Shown piece by piece: positions 63,024 through 64,000 of a stretch of 64,000 bases of DNA. Every line of letters begins with the position of its first letter. Position 1 is the stretch's first letter. The stretch is from Candidatus Kerfeldbacteria bacterium. GTDB taxonomy: Bacteria; Patescibacteriota; Patescibacteriia; UBA10025; JAHIVO01. The stretch spans positions 649,041-713,040 of the forward strand of contig CP181398.1 of NCBI GenBank assembly GCA_047946875.1, in the 5' to 3' direction. Made by a program: the position numbers and the translations under genes. Below the pieces are notes generated by a model that ran no database searches, was not told the DNA's origin, and worked only from the letters and a program-made list of their open reading frames with translations.

Positions 63024-64000
63024 TTATAATTTTCCATTACCTATAGCCTTTCTTATTTTTCTCATCAATGTCAAATAAAAATTGAGATTATGTATAGTTG
63101 CCAATCGATATGAAAGTGGATCAGAAGTCATAAATAAATGACGAATATAGCTCAATGAGAAATTTTTACATGTATAACAATCACAATATTTATCTATTGG
63201 CTTCATATCTGATAAAAATTTAGATTGTTTGATACGTATCTCTTTATAAAAATTTCCTCTTATCTTATCCCCAGACCAAGCATAAAGCAATCCATGTCGA
63301 GCATGTCTTGTAGGAATAACACAATCAAACATATCTACTCCTCGCTTGACTGATTCTACTATCTGTTCTGGTTTACCGACTCCCATCAAATATCTTGGTT
63401 TATTTTCTGGTAATACAGGTACTGTATAATCTAATATCTTATACATTATATCAACAGGTTCACCTACTGCTAAACCTCCTACTGCATATCCATCAAAATT
63501 CATTGCTACTAATTCTTTAGCGCTTTGGATTCTTAAGTCTTTAAAACTAGAACCTTGAACAATCCCGAATAATTTTTGTTTATTGTTCGGATTTTTTTTC
63601 TTCTTAAAATAATCTTTTCCTTGTTTTGCCCAACGACTAGTCAATTCTAAAGAATCACTTGCATACTTCCTCGTAGAAGGATATGGTGGGCACTCATCAA
63701 AACTCATCATTATATCTGAGCCTATTGTCATCTGAATTTCTAGAGCTTTTTGGGGAGTTAAAAAATATCTCTGCCCATCTAATTCTGAATTAAATTCTAC
63801 TCCTTTTTTAGTTAACTTTCGTCTTTTTGATAATGAAAAAACTTGGTAGCCTCCAGAATCAGTTAATATTGGACCGTCCCAATTCATATAATTATGTAAA
63901 CCTTTTGCTTTTTTTAATACTGAAAGTCCCGGTCTCTGCCAGAGATGGTAAGTATTTGATAAAATTATTTGCCCACCCAAATTTTTTATATCATCTGGTA
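63024..64000 (-). CDS. tgt: tRNA-guanine transglycosylase (5' end outside window)
   Basis: SNTYHL, LTDSGGYQVFSL, FGIVQG, YLMGVG, CDCYTC, HNL. Confidence 0.98.
   Translation of the reverse strand, partial: PDDIKNLGGQIILSNTYHLWQRPGLSVLKKAKGLHNYMNWDGPILTDSGGYQVFSLSKRRKLTKKGVEFNSELDGQRYFLTPQKALEIQMTIGSDIMMSFDECPPYPSTRKYASDSLELTSRWAKQGKDYFKKKKNPNNKQKLFGIVQGSSFKDLRIQSAKELVAMNFDGYAVGGLAVGEPVDIMYKILDYTVPVLPENKPRYLMGVGKPEQIVESVKRGVDMFDCVIPTRHARHGLLYAWSGDKIRGNFYKEIRIKQSKFLSDMKPIDKYCDCYTCKNFSLSYIRHLFMTSDPLSYRLATIHNLNFYLTLMRKIRKAIGNGKL

Overview
AT-rich bacterial chromosome segment, standard genetic code, most likely a Patescibacteria/CPR (Parcubacteria-like) genome. That is inferred from the gene set: alpha2-type glyQS, CPR-type pilin, membrane-anchored Clp ATPase, PIF1, and core genes without Shine-Dalgarno (SD) sites. 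The backbone is almost entirely on the minus strand: pheS, dciA-like, UvrD-nuclease, F1Fo ATP synthase operon, rmuC, tatD, metG, rsmI, M16 peptidase, glyQS, clp, dsbA-like, tgt. A small defence island (AAA+DUF4276, DUF262-HNH, EcoRI-type methylase, RhuM) sits below uvrD and is punctuated by three extra copies of the uvrD 3' end. The main unexplained structure is a set of about 19 self-contained units scattered between core genes, one of them inside the atp operon. They share one grammar: TTGAC(A/T/G)-17bp-(-10), usually a boxA-like GTTC(A/T)TT.AAA motif, a strong GGAGG-type SD, 1-4 genes, then an intrinsic terminator. Most core genes instead lack an SD and several look leaderless. Cargo includes canonical-type bS21, FabD, signal peptidase I, STAS, Nfu_N, HTH proteins, phage-like lipoproteins and a ~700-nt GC-rich structured transcript. 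A second ~160-nt candidate ncRNA and several REP-like palindromes (two in-frame inside uvrD) are also present. No tRNA, rRNA, CRISPR array or integrase was seen. All family assignments are by eye, without database searches.
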